Positions 36,870 to 49,440 of a stretch of 64,000 bases of DNA are shown here, piece by piece. The notes beneath the pieces were generated by a model. That model was not told the origin of the DNA. It was given only the letters and a program-made list of their open reading frames with translations, and made no database searches. Positions within the stretch are counted from its first letter, which is position 1. The number at the start of each line of letters is the position of its first letter. The position numbers and the translations under genes are program-made. The stretch covers positions 112,275,651-112,339,650 of the forward strand of contig NC_090376.1 in the NCBI RefSeq assembly GCF_036365525.1, read 5' to 3'. Origin of the DNA: Heterodontus francisci. Its lineage: Eukaryota.

Positions 36870-38399
36870 CTAAACAAAAGAAAAACATTGCTTGAAACAA
36901 TATTTCACAATATTATCTTAGCAATTTAGACATTCACACATGTTGATTTTGCTTAGATGGTTCTTTGCAGTTTTTCTTCCCTTAATAAACTTTTCAGACA
37001 CACCAAAGGCTTGGATAACACGCTGCATCTATTTCCAGTGTTAGAGCCAGTATCCTTTTATCCCTCTCCCAAAAGTTGTTTGGTTAGCTATCTAAGCACA
37101 ACATTAATTCACATGGGAAATGTTGCTTTCAAGGCAATGTTTATTTCTGCTGCAAAACAGGAGTTTAAGGATTAAGACCAGGAATTTAGAAAGCATTGCA
37201 AGTGGGTGGGATTCAGAATGCAAAGAACATTTGTATAACATGCATTGCAGCTTCAATTACACGATTCTGCAAAGAGCATCTAAATTAACAGAGGTATCTG
37301 AATAGTCTGCAGGTTAGAGACAGGAGTCAAAATACTCCATGAAAACAGGCCTAAGCATTGATTAGAATGTGATTTTAAAGTGTAGCCTACAGAATTTGTA
37401 CTCTGCTTAAAAAAAAAACACATTTTATTCTTTTTTGAAAATAACAGAGATTGACTGGAGTTGTGAACTGTGTCTAACTTTTGTACCTAGTGCTCTAATT
37501 TGCCATGTCAAGATACATAGCTTTATCCTTTCAAGTTTTTTGTACCATTCTACTCGAATGATACTTGATAGATACAATTAAGTCTAAAAACAAACGATTC
37601 AAGTCTCAAAAAGATTCTAGTCTGACCTGTAACCCAAATGAATAAAAACAGTGCATAAGCAGTGAGAAGTTTCTGGAAAGTATGGAGCTGGTGTTTACAA
37701 TGGGAATACTGTGCTCTAAATATTACTGTTGGCACAAGTTCTTTTCAATTTCCTAAAGTGCAGTTATCAGGAGCTTGGACACAGACTTCTTTTGTTTTTC
37801 GACATCCTATTGAAATTTTAACAAAAGAAATCCAGAACATAATGAGTATCAGATGCAGAACAATCTGCCACGAGAAAGTCAAACCCTTGAAAGAAGGTTT
37901 TTGAAACATATGGCCACAAGGAAAACATTTAGAGGTGAAACTGGTCTATGTCCGCAGTACAAAATGTGCTTGTAGCGAATCTGCAGCCGATTTTTCACCG
38001 CACCCGTTCTTTCCACTGAAGTTCACAGAACAATATTTCAAACTCTTTTTGGAAGCTTGATTCCTAGTCTCACTGTCACTTTCACTTGGTTGGAAAATAA
38101 AAGTCTTGGTAATATTTTCCAATTCAATGGGAAATAAAAACAGGCGCAGCAAAACATCAGCAGCCGATTCACTCAGAGCCCGTTTCGTGCTGCTGGCATA
38201 GGTCAAATTCACTTCCTCAGAGTACATCCCTATAATCATCAACTGGCAGCCTGCAGCCTACAAGGCAGCATGCATTATATGGTTCTTTTGCTAAAAGAGA
38301 TCCCTAGCCAACACATGTTATATAGATTTCTCAGAATAAGAGGTGAGAAAAAAGAGTATGGGCACACAGCTCCTATTTTTCATTTTGAGTTGTTCTCGG

Positions 38400-38640
38400 G
38401 ATCTGACAAATTTGTCCATGCCTAGGTGCCTGAGGTGGACAACCTCTTCAGAAGGTATTTACAGTCAACCATGTATAGTGTGAGCTCAGTCACATGTAGA
38501 TCAGACCAGATCAAGATGATTGGTTCCCCTTCCCTGAAAGGGATCAGTGAACCAGCTGGGGTTTTACATCAATCCAACATCATTCATAGTCATTTAAATC
38601 ATCAATTACTGAATTAAGTTTCACAACTTGCCATAGCTAT
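38400..38640 (-). mobile_element. Decayed SINE (family of 3465-3710)
   Basis: agtcaacca..agtcacatgtag..ccttccctgaaagggatcagtgaaccag matches the ~62950-63100 copy. Confidence 0.6.
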
Positions 38641-39189
38641 TGTATAATGTTATTTTTCATGTTCAGTTAATCTGTTTAGATTAAAACACATTGTCTGTTT
38701 GAATTAGCCTTTTCCTTACACTCTTAAATCTAGGTAATTTCAATCACACAGTATATTTAATTAAGGACAGTGGCCGTGAGCAAAAATTTACCCAAGTGCT
38801 GAGAATAATACATCCAAAGCCAAACCACCTCGACAGAAAGTACAGGCTGCATTGTTACTATACTATACATGGTAACAGTTACTGTAAGGGAGCTTTAAAT
38901 AGGTATTGCCCAGCATGACTCAGCAAGATGTTAATAAATTCATGCAGCAGCTACAAGGTGTGGCATACAGTGCACATTTTTTTGCTGGAATGTTGAGAAT
39001 CAACACAAAACAAACACTAGCTGGATTATAAAGGATTTTGCTGAATCATCATCACAAGAAGAATCAGTAATGGAAATCCGCAAGATAAATTACTGTAGAA
39101 AACAGTGACATTGTGTGAAATCAGTATATTCTTACTAATTATGACCCATGATATCACATACTTCCTTCTTAAACATTAATTTGACAGAG

Positions 39190-39560
39190 TGGTAGCAGTC
39201 ATTCCTCTGGAGCCAGAACCTCCACTCCAGAGACTTCAGCACATAATCTAGGCTGACATGCCAATGCAGTACTCGGAGTGCTGCACTGTCAAGAGGTGCT
39301 CTCTTTCGGGTGAGACATCAAATCACGGCCCCATCTACCATCTCAGGTGGCTGTAAAATAACCCATCGCACTATTTGAAGAGCAGCATTCTCCTAGTGTC
39401 CTGGCTAATTTATTCCTCAACCAAAATTGCTGAAACAAAATTAACTGGACATTTTGTGGGATGTTGCTATATACAATTCGGCTACATTTCCCTACATTAC
39501 AGCAGTGACTACACTTCAACAGTACTTTGGAGCATTCCAAGGCCATGAAAGATGCAGTTC
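39190..39560 (+). mobile_element. Deu-domain SINE (SacSINE1/AmnSINE-like)
   Basis: gcacataatctaggctgac..gcagtact..gctgcactgtc..gaggtgc..tctttcgggtgagac..gcactatttgaagagcag..gtgtcctggc resembles the DeuSINE core as I recall it. Confidence 0.75.
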
Positions 39561-39890
39561 ATGATCACAACATACAAATAGATGAGAGAGGCCATTCAGC
39601 CAATCTTCTATGGATAGAAAGTTTAAGACTAGAGTTTCCAACGGGCTTCATTTTAACGAGAGCATTAAATAACTCAAAATCTAACCAATAAGTCACATGA
39701 ATCATCCAACTGGATCTTAAATAAATGAAGTTTTATCTTCACTGCTCTAACTGGAAGACCATTTTGGTTACTCTCTGCGTGAAGGAGCTTCTTCCTGTTA
39801 TCTGTCCTAAGTTGACCTTTCACCAATAATAGCCAAAGCCCCCGATACTATTGGTGGGGTCAACTTTGATTTATACCCTTTACTTGATTT

Positions 39891-40541
39891 CTTCTACTTC
39901 TTCTGTGGCCTCCTTGTCTCGAGAGACAATGGGTAAGCGCCTGGAGGTGGTCAGTGGTTTTTGTAGCAGTGCCTGGAGTGGCTATAAAGGCCAATTCTAG
40001 AGTGACAGACTCTTCCACAGGTGCTGCAGATAACATTGGTTGTCGGGGCTGTTACACAGTTGGCTCTCCCCTTGCGCTTCTGTCTTTTTTCCTGCCAACA
40101 GCTAAGTCTCTTTGACTTGCCACACTTTAGCCCCGCCTTTATGGCTGTCCGCCAGCTCTGGCGATCACTGGCAACTGACTCCCACGACTTGTGATCAATG
40201 TCACAGGGCTTCATGTCGCGTCTGTAGACGTCTTTAAAGCGGAGACATAGACAGCTGATGGGTCTGATATTAGTGACGAGCTCGCTATACAATGTGTCCT
40301 TGGGGATCCTGCCATCTTCCATGCGGCTCTCATGGCCAAACCATCTCAAGCGCCGCTGGCTCAGTAGGGTGTAAATGCTCGGGATGCTGGCCACCTCGAG
40401 GACTTCTGCGTTGGAGATACGGTCCTGCCACCTGATGCCAAGGATTCTCTGGAGGCAGCAAAGATGGAATGAATTGAGACGTCGCTCTTGGTTGACATGC
40501 ATTGTCCAGGCCTCGCTGCCGTAGAGCAAGGTACTGAGGAC
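39891..40541 (-). mobile_element. RTE LINE 3' fragment, an older diverged copy of 51540-54264
   Basis: ORF 39951-40529 (LYGSEAWT..CSTCGRVCHSRIGLYSH) aligns to the C-terminus of the 877-aa ORF. Possible tgattt TSD. Confidence 0.92.
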
Positions 40542-41740
40542 TGATTTAACTTAGCATAAAGGCCTCCTCTCACATTCATCTACAGAGCAACAGCATGGCC
40601 AGGTTTCCCTCAAAACCCAATCTTCTCATGCAATGAGTCAACCTAGCAGCTCTTCTTTGTGCTGCTTTCATTTGCAATCGAAACAGGACACTATCAACAC
40701 TATGAATGACTGCCCCTGATTTGTACTCTAGTTGTTGCTTTCATACCTCTGCACTTTCTCGCTGTGTAAAGTAGCAGAAGGATTTACAGAATGATTAACA
40801 GTTGGACAGACCTTTATGGCCATAGCCATCTTTATATTAACCAATAGGATGACTGGACCGATAAGCACCCACAACCCATGTGATGAGGGGGAGCCACAAA
40901 TGCACATACACTGGACACAAGTATCCTGGTGGATGTCAACCCAGAATTCAGAGCCAGAGCTAGAGCTATGGTTTCCACTCGCCAGGACTGTCAAGAGCAG
41001 AGTTTGAACCCTGCACCTACTGACCTCAGGCAGAATCACAGAATCGTTACAGTGCAGGAGGAGGCCATTCGGCCCATCGTGTCTGCACTGACTCTCTGAA
41101 AGAGCAATTCCCACAGTTCCATTCCCCTGTCTTCTCCCCATAACTCTGCACATTCTTCCTTTTCATAAACCTGTCTAATTCTCTTTTGAATGCTTCAATT
41201 GAACCCGCCTCCACCATGTTCTCAGGCAGCACATTCCAGAACTTAATTACTCGCTGCGTGAAAAAGTTTTTCCTCATGTCGCTTTTGCTTCTCTTACTAA
41301 ATTCTTTAAATCTGTGCCCTATTGTTCTCGATCCTTTCACGAGTGGGAACAGTTTCTCTCTAGCTACTCTGTCCAGACACCTCATGATTTTGAATACCTC
41401 TATCAAATCACCTCTCAGCCTTCTCTTCTCCAAGGAAAACAGTCCTAACCTCTCCGATCTATCTTCATAACTGAAATTCCTCATCCCTAGAACCATTCTC
41501 GTGAATCGTTTCTGTACTCTTCTCAATGCCCTCACGTCTTTCCTAAAGTGCAGTGCCCAGAACTGGAAGCAATATTCCAGCTGAGGCCGAACTAGTGTCT
41601 TATTCAAGTTCAACATAACTTCCTTGCTCTTGTACTCTATGCCCTTATTAATAAAGCCCAGGATACTGTAGGCTTTATTAACTGATCTTTCAACCTGTCC
41701 TGCCACCTTCAATGACTTATACACATAGACACCTTGGTCC

Positions 41741-41884
41741 AGTTCTGATGAAGGGTCACTGACCTGAAACATTAACTCTGCTTCTCTCGCCACAGATGCT
41801 ACCAAACCTGCTGAGTATTTCCAGCATTTCTTGTTTTTATTTCAGATTTCCAGCATCTGCAGTATTTTGCTTTTATTTTATTAT
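41741..41884 (+). mobile_element. 144-bp hammerhead-bearing Penelope-derived insertion
   Basis: TSD acacct(t/a)ggtcc (41729-41740 and 41885-41896). Starts AGTT CTGATGA agggtc act gacct GAAA catt AACT (41741-41777). Confidence 0.88.
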
Positions 41885-43040
41885 ACACCTAGGTCCCTCT
41901 GCTCCTGCACCCCCTTTAGAATTGTACCCTTTATTTTATATTGTCTCTCCATATTCTTCCTACCAAAATGAATCACTTCATATTTCTCTGCATTGAACTT
42001 CATCTACCACCTGTCTGTCCATTTCACCAACCTGCCTATGTCCTTTTGAAGTTCTACACTATCCTCCTCAAAGTTCACAATGCTTCCAAGTTTTGTAGCA
42101 TCTGCAAACTTTTGTGCCCTGTACACCAAGGTCTAGGTCATTAATATATAGCATGAAAGCAAGGGTCCCAACACTGATCCCTGGGGAATTCCACAACAAA
42201 CCTTCCTCTAGCCCAAAAAACATCCATTAACCACTACTCTTTGTTTATTGTCACTCAGTGAATCTTGTATCCATGTTGCTACCATCCCTTTTATTCCATG
42301 AGCTACAAGTTTTCTCATGTCTGTTGTGTGGCATTGTATCAAACACCTTTTGAAAGTCCATGTACACCACATCAACAGCGTTGCCGTCATCAACCCTCTC
42401 TGTTACCTCCTCAAAAAACTCCAGCAAGTTGGTTAAACATGATTTTCCCTTAAGAAATCCATGCTGACTTTCCTTAATTAACTTGCATTTGTCCATGTGA
42501 CTACTGATTTTGTCCCGAATTATTTATTCTAGACGTTTTCCCACCACTGAGGTTAAACTGACTGGCTCTGGTACCACCCCGAGTCTAAGAAAGACTGAAA
42601 AATTATGGCCAGTGCCTCTGCGATTTCCACCCTCACTTCCCTTAGTATCCTTGGATGCATCTCATCTGGTCCTGGCTTTTTATCCACTTTAAGTACAGAC
42701 AGCCTTCATTTTTTATCAATTTTAAACCCTTCTAGTGTCTGACCTGCCTCCTCTTTCAACATTGCCTGGGTTGCGTCTTCTTCCTTGGTAAAGACAGATG
42801 TAAAGTATTCATTTAATACCTCAGCTATACCCTCTGCCTCCATGTGTAAATCCCCTTTCTGGTCCCTAATCAGCCCCTCTCCTCCTTTTACAACCTTTCA
42901 CTATTTATATGCTTATAGAAAACTTTGAGATTTCCTTTAATGTTAGCTGCCAGTGTCTCTTTTCATGCTCTCTCTTTGCTTCTCTTATTTGCTTTTTCAC
43001 TTCCCTTCTGGACCGTCAATATTCAGCTGGTTCTCAATAG

Positions 43041-43383
43041 TATTTTATTTTATTTATTTATTTCAAGATACAGCACTGAAACAGGCCCTTCGGCCCACCG
43101 AGTCTGTGCTGACCATCAACCACCCATTCATACGAATCCCATATTCCTATCACATCCCCACTTGTCCCTATATTCCCCTACCACCTACCTATACTAGGGG
43201 CAATTTATAATGGCCAATTTACCTATCAACCTGCAAGTCTTTGGCAGTGGGAGGAAACCGGAGCACCCGGCGAAAACCCACATGGTCATAGGGAGAACTT
43301 GCAAACTCCGCACAGGCAGTACCCAGAATCGAACCCGGGTCTCTGGAGCTGTGAGGCTGCGGTGCTAACCACTGCTCCACTGT
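43041..43383 (-). mobile_element. V-SINE (HE1-like)
   Basis: Reverse complement of the 21721-22060 element, with an A-rich tail. Confidence 0.9.
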
Positions 43384-43760
43384 ACCTAGCATCTGTCATT
43401 AGCACATTTTTTCTTCTTTAAATTAATCTCTACCTCTTTGGTCATCTAGGGAGCTCTGGATTTGTTTGCCCGACTTTTCCTCTTCGAGGAAACATACCTT
43501 GACTGTGCCCGAACTATCTCTTCTTTGAAGAGAGTGCATTGTTCATCTATTGGTTTTCCTGCCAGCTTTTGACTCTAATTTATTCTCCCCAGCTCCATTC
43601 TTACCCCATTGAAGTTGGCCTTTCCCCAGTTAATTATTCTTGCCCTGGATTGCTCTTTGTCCTTTTCCATAGTCAGCCTAAACCTTATGATACAATGATC
43701 ACTAACCCCTAAATGCTCTACTACTGATACTTGATCCACTTGGCCCACCTCATTCCCAAG

Positions 43761-45886
43761 AACAGTGTGCAGATTGCAAGCTGAGTGTGGAGTTTCGAGT
43801 TTGTGAGTGGGGATTTTAAGTGTTGTTATCTTGATAAATGGTCTGCAGTTAGCATTTAACTGGGATTTACCCTCTAGATAAAGCAGGGTTAAGAAAGTAA
43901 AGCAGGGTTAAGAAAGTAAAGTAAGTTTCTTACAGTCTTAGGCAGGGATTAACAGGCTCTACAGCAGAGTAGCTGATTAGTTAAGCAGCTGACCAGTCAA
44001 ATCTGGTTGCTGCACTTTCAGCTTCAAAAGGTATAAACACAGAGGTCTGGATGCAGCCTGCAAACAGTGTGCAGATTGCAAGCTGAGTGTGGAGATTTGT
44101 GTTTGGTGAGTGGCGAGTTCAGTGACGGGGGGAGGAGGTGCTCCATTTTTCAACTTTTTTTCTACTTTTTTAACCCTCCGCAATTTGGTTCTTGCTTCGG
44201 TGCAGTGGAAAGAGCTGTTTGGTGAGTAATTGGTAAGCTATTCTACTTATAATAAATAATCTGTAAAGTTAAGGTATGGCAAGGCAGCTCTGCCGAGTGG
44301 AATGTACAGCCTGTGGCATGTGGGAAGTCATGGACGCACCATGTGTCCAAGACAAATACATCTGCAGTAAGTGTTAGCAGCTGCAGAAGCTTGAGCTCTG
44401 GGTTTCGGAACTCGAGTGGCAGCTGGAGTCACTGTTGTGCGTCCGGGAGGCAGAGAACTACGTGGATAGCACGTTTAGGGAAGTGGTCACGTCGCAGTTT
44501 AGGAGCATGCAGACAGATAGGGAATGGGTGACCGCCAGGCAATCTAAGAGAACCAGGCAGGTACTGTAGGAGTTCCCTGATATGACCTCACTCGCTAATC
44601 GGTTTTCCATTTCGGATACTGTTGAGGGTGATGGTTCCTCAGGGGAGTGTAGTCAGAGCAAAGTTTGTGGCACCGCAGGTGGCTCAGTTTCACAGGAGGG
44701 GAGGAAGAGGAGTGAAAGAGCAGTAGTGATAGGGGATTCGTTAGTTAGGTGAACAGACAGGTGTTTCTGCAGTAGTAAACGTGGCTCCAGGATGGTGTGT
44801 TACCTCCCTGGTGCCAGGGTCAAAGATGTCACAGAACAGCTGCAGGACATTCTTCTGGAGGAGGGTGAACAGCCAGTGGTCGTGGTCCACATTGGTACTA
44901 ATGACATAGGTAAGAAGGGGGATGAGGTCTTGAAAGCAGATTTTAGGGAGCTTAGAAGGAGATTAAAAAGCAGGACCGCAAAAGCAGTAATCTCAGGATT
45001 ATTCCCAGTCCAACGTGCAAATGAGCATAGGAATAGGAGAATTGAGCGATTGAACACATGGCTCGAGAACTGGTGTAGGAGGGAGGGCATCAGATTTCTG
45101 AGACATTTTATTTTTGGGACCAGTTCTGGGGCAGATGGAACCTATACAAGATGGACAGGTTGCATTTTAGCAGGACTGGGACGAATATCCTTGCAGGGAG
45201 ATTTGCTAGTGCTGTTGGGGAGGGTTTAAACTAAATTGTCAGGGGGATGGGAACCTGGGAGGGAGCTCAGATTGGAGGGAAGCAAAACTGGTAAGTTGCC
45301 AGGGGTGTGGGAACCAGGAGCAAGTATCAGAGAGGAATACTAAGGTGCACAAATATTGGGGGAGATAGATAACACTGGAGTAGGGAATAGTAAGTTATTA
45401 AGTGGGGTCAGAGTAAGGGAGAAAGTAATAAAGTCTGAATCAGGGTTAATGTGCTTGTATGTGAATGCACAGTGTGGTGAATAAGACTGGTGAGGTACAG
45501 GCGCAGATTGCCATGTGGAAATATGATGTTGTGGCTATAATAGAGACCTGACTCAAAGAAGGGCAGGATTGAGTGTTACATATTCCTGGATACAAGGTGT
45601 TCAGGAAAGATAGGAAAGGAAAAAAGGGGGAGGGGTGGCAGTATTAATTAAGGAGAACACTGCAGTGCTGGAGAAAAAGGATGTCCCAGCGGGGTTGAGG
45701 ACAGAATCAATTTGGCTAGAGTGAAGGACAAAAAAGGTGCGGTTACATTGCTCGTATTGTCTATAGGCCACCAGCTAGTGGGAAGGACATGGAGGAACAA
45801 ATTTGCAAGGAAATTACAGAGAGGTGCAAAAATTATAGGGTAGTTATAATGGGGGACTTTAATTATCCAAACATAGACTGGGATAA
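43761..45886 (+). mobile_element. CR1 5' half (5' UTR monomers, ORF1, N-terminal endonuclease), head-to-head with 41032-43763
   Basis: ORF1 starts MARQLCRVECTACGMWEV at 44277, with VIGDS and VHIGTNDIG. The APE ends at IMGDFNYPNIDWDN. A 5' UTR repeat occurs at 43761 and 44063. Confidence 0.88.
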
Positions 45887-46544
45887 TACCACTAAGCCAA
45901 AGACTTGCTCTTGTACTCTAGTGACTCAGCAAAATAATTCAAAATTCTATGCTCTTTGCTTATTGTTGCTGCACCATGATTTGCTGTGTTAAATGGTGAG
46001 ACTTCAATCAATAATAGCATATGTCAGTCTTATAGCAAAATGAGGAAACTCTACAGCTGCTGGAAGGGTCTACCCGGAATGCATACTTGTACATCCACTA
46101 CTGCAGCAACTAGCTGGTGGAACCAGAATTCCATGTGGTAAGGTGCAAGTCAATGCTGTGGTAAGGGGATTTCGATGGTAAATTGTGTTGCTGACTGTGC
46201 TTCTCCTGAGGAGTTGGTTGTACCTGCTGAGGGCATAATGAAGGTTCAAATTAGTGCTCATCAGTTGTCTAAAGGTAAGCGAGGGCTCTTTGGAGTCAGG
46301 GTGGCTCTCTGAAAGTCATTCCTCTGTGTTAGACTCAACAATCAGATATCAAAGTCAGGCAGGTCCAGAACACTGTGGGGTCCTGCTGGATGGATTGGTG
46401 GCCTGAATTAACCAATAGAATCTGTTGGGGTACATTTGTCACTAGGGGTCGGGATTCTCTCTACTTAGTTTCTGATAACCCTGAAAGTTTTAGCTGGACA
46501 AGCACTGCAAACTTACCAGTGCTCTGGGCTGGTTGGTGACATGG

Positions 46545-46660
46545 ATTTAGCTGGTTGCAGGGTTACGGGGAGAAGGCGGGGGAGTAGCAGTAGGAGAATT
46601 GTTAATTCGGAGAGCCGAATGGCCTTCTTCTGTGCTGTAACAATTTTATGATATGATGGT
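46545..46660 (+). mobile_element. CR1 3' UTR fragment
   Basis: ggttacggggagaaggcggggga..gccgaatggccttcttctgtgctgtaacaattttatgat. Confidence 0.65.
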
Positions 46661-47692
46661 CCCCAAGACTTGCCCCAAGTCTGATCCAATCTGGACTTGA
46701 GTAACTGAGATGTGCTCCTCTAGGGATAGGGATAGCAAACAGAAAATCTACTTGCAAGTAGTCTCAGCAACTTGGTTTGGGGACTCAAACATGCTGTGTG
46801 ATAACATTCTATACATATTGGAATTCTATGTGGCCAAAAAAAAAATCAACACTGCACAATTTTGGAACATTTATTAAAAGTCAGTTCATAAACAGAGATC
46901 TCCTAAAATAGAAAACATTATGTGAAAGTAAACACTGGCGAAACTCCAGTAAAACTGATCTCCAGCAAACACTTACAGCTGCAGAAATACTGAAGTTTCC
47001 TATAAATCTCACATTACATGTGCATTGTACAACAGTGGCATCATTTTGAAATGTTATATAAACTACAATTGTAGGGTTACAATAAAGTAACCAACTTCTG
47101 AATGAAGACTTTCAGAACTTTCCATTGTTTCATTGTTTGAAAGTGGAAAATTGGAGCAGAAGGTGAAGTGTACTTCAAAAACCAGCAGCAGTAATACTTT
47201 ATGCTCAGTGTCCTTCACATAACACCCTGAAGCTTTAAAAGGTGATTGGAGGAAACAGAGCAAGCAGAAAGAGATAATTTTACAAGAGGCAACAGTGGGG
47301 CGCGCTCAAAGTAGATTTTGAGATGGCTTTTGAAAAGGTCGGGAGAATAGCAAGGAAAAACTTTCCCAACTATAACATAATGTTTCATATGTGCAGTACT
47401 TCACCACATAGGGTGAGGGAGTGGGGGTACAGAAATAAAGTTTTCAAAAGTTTTGTTTTCCTCAAAGCTTTTGCTTCAACAGTGCAGCCAGTGCAATCAA
47501 CTGGTTACAAGGTAAAAGACAGAAAGTTTCAATACCAGACACTTGCGACAATTGCACTTTGACTACACATTTACAGAAACACATTGGCCTCATTCAGAAT
47601 TAAATAAGGTTTGGGTCATGTTGGAGACTGTTGGTATTTTCACAAGTTTTATTTTCAAGGATTTGTTTCATTGCTGTATATAACTTTATATA

Positions 47693-48263
47693 CGGGGGGG
47701 GGGGGGGCAAGAGATAACAAAAGAGGTGTTGATAGGACAAGGTCACAGAGAATAACTGACCAGAAGGTCACGGAACAAAGGCAAATGGTATGTTAATGGT
47801 GTGCTGAAAGACAAAGCATTAGTACAGAGAGGGTGTCAATTGACTGTAAAATGAACAGCCCTGGCTCCAAGCACAAACATAAAAAAAAAACAGTGGGTGG
47901 CCACAGTAGAAACAAACTAAACAAACTAAAATAAAATAAACAAATTAAAAAGAATAAAGAACTAAAAATAAAAAGGGGGGCCCGTCATGCTCTGAAATTA
48001 TTGAACTCAATGTTCAGTCCGGCAGGCTGTAGCGTGCCTAATTGGTAAATGAGGTGCTGTTCCTCGACTTGCGCTGATGTTCGCTGAACACTGCTGCAAT
48101 CCCAGAACAGAGATATGAGCATGAGAGCTGGGGGAGTGTTGAAATGGCGAGCAACCGGAAGCTCGGGGTTATGCCTACTGACTGAGCGGAGGTGTTCCGT
48201 AAAGCGGTCACTCAAACTGCATTTGGTCTCCCCAATGTAAAGACCACCACATTGTGAGCAGTG
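47693..48263 (-). mobile_element. Penelope-like fragment (GIY-YIG C-terminus and part of the 3' region)
   Basis: Translates to YIGETK..SDRFTEHLRSV..ELPVARHFN..EEQHLIYQLGTLQPAGLNIEFNNFRA. Confidence 0.88.
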
Positions 48264-48881
48264 TATTAGTATTACGAAGTAACTATATTCGTAACTAATA
48301 ACGAATTTAGTATTACAAAGTAAGTATTTTGAACACAGATGATAATCTTTTGAGTTAATACATATAGAGTATTGGGGAAAACAAAACTTGAGGGATGAGG
48401 CAAAAAAAAAAGAAACAAAGGTTGTGGTTGTTTAGCGTCTTGGCCATGAATTAAACAGCTACTGAAGGTATGAGATTTTATATTCTAAGAGGTAGAAATG
48501 ACCCATTTCCTCTAACTTGGTTTACATGGTTTTGATTTTGTCTTGGGACATAGATACACTCACAACCAGTCCTCTAAATCCACTAGAGTTATGTGCTACT
48601 TTGTCTTACAACAAATCATGGTATTTCTCCACTTCCCTCATGGGGCTTGGACTACGTCAACACGAGAGAGAAGACAAAAAAAATCAGGAAGTAGAAGAAT
48701 ACTACAATGTTAACTACAAATTTTAACAAAAAGAATGATAGTTTACAGGGATAGAACAATTTCTGGAAGGCATAATACATAAGAGTATGAACAGAATATG
48801 TTAAATTAAAACCGATCACCACCCCACTATGCTTCTTTCCTCCCCCTCATTAAAAAAAGGCTGCGCTTGCTGACAACGCTA

Positions 48882-48895
48882 CCACTAGGTGGCGC
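48882..48895 (+). promoter_or_regulatory. CTCF consensus-like motif
   Basis: CCACTAGGTGGCGC closely matches the CTCF core consensus. Binding is not demonstrated. Confidence 0.5.
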
Positions 48896-49440
48896 TGCAG
48901 TGGCACATGCGCAAATGCAGCCTGTGCCACTAAAATGTCACAGTCTGCGACTTCAGGCAGCTGCCAAGACTAAAGATGGCACTGCTCAAATAATCACACG
49001 AAGTCAACCTGACCTGAACACATGGCAGCACACAATGGCGGGAGGGAGAAAGCGAGCGAGCGGGCCGGCAGGGAGCGGAGCGGGCCGGGCCCGGGGACTA
49101 GGGGGGGGCGGTGATGGTGAGGGGAGCGGAGCGGGCTGGTGAAATGGGGGGAGAGCGGGGGGCGGGGGGAGCGGAGCAGGAGCAGGCCGGGGAGGGGGTG
49201 AGCAAGCGGGCCGGGGACAGGGTGGGGGGGGGGGTGGTTGTGCGGCAGAAAGAGCGGAGCGGCCGGAGAGAGCAGCGAGGGGGGAGCGGAGTGGCCGAAA
49301 GAGCGTAGCGGCCGGAGAGAGCAGCGAGGGGGGGAGCGGAGCTTGACGCATGGGTGAATACGTGAGCGTTGCATTGCTGTATGCGTAAAGCGCATGTGTA
49401 GAGGCTGACCAGTTGCGTTGCCCAAAGATGCACACGTTGC

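Larger units (their letters stand above)
41032..43763 (-). mobile_element. CR1 ORF2 (late endonuclease to 3' tail) with SINE and hammerhead mini-element insertions
   Basis: Motifs VLGNEVGQV..SDH, SQHGFLKGKSCLTNLLEFFE and VRPQLEYCFQFW, with tail cagaatcacagaatc. Confidence 0.9.

Noticed and set aside
41047-41805. 252-aa ORF with a novel N-terminus
   Set aside because: It is the CR1 RT C-terminus read through from the antisense strand of the inserted hammerhead mini-element, a chance fusion.
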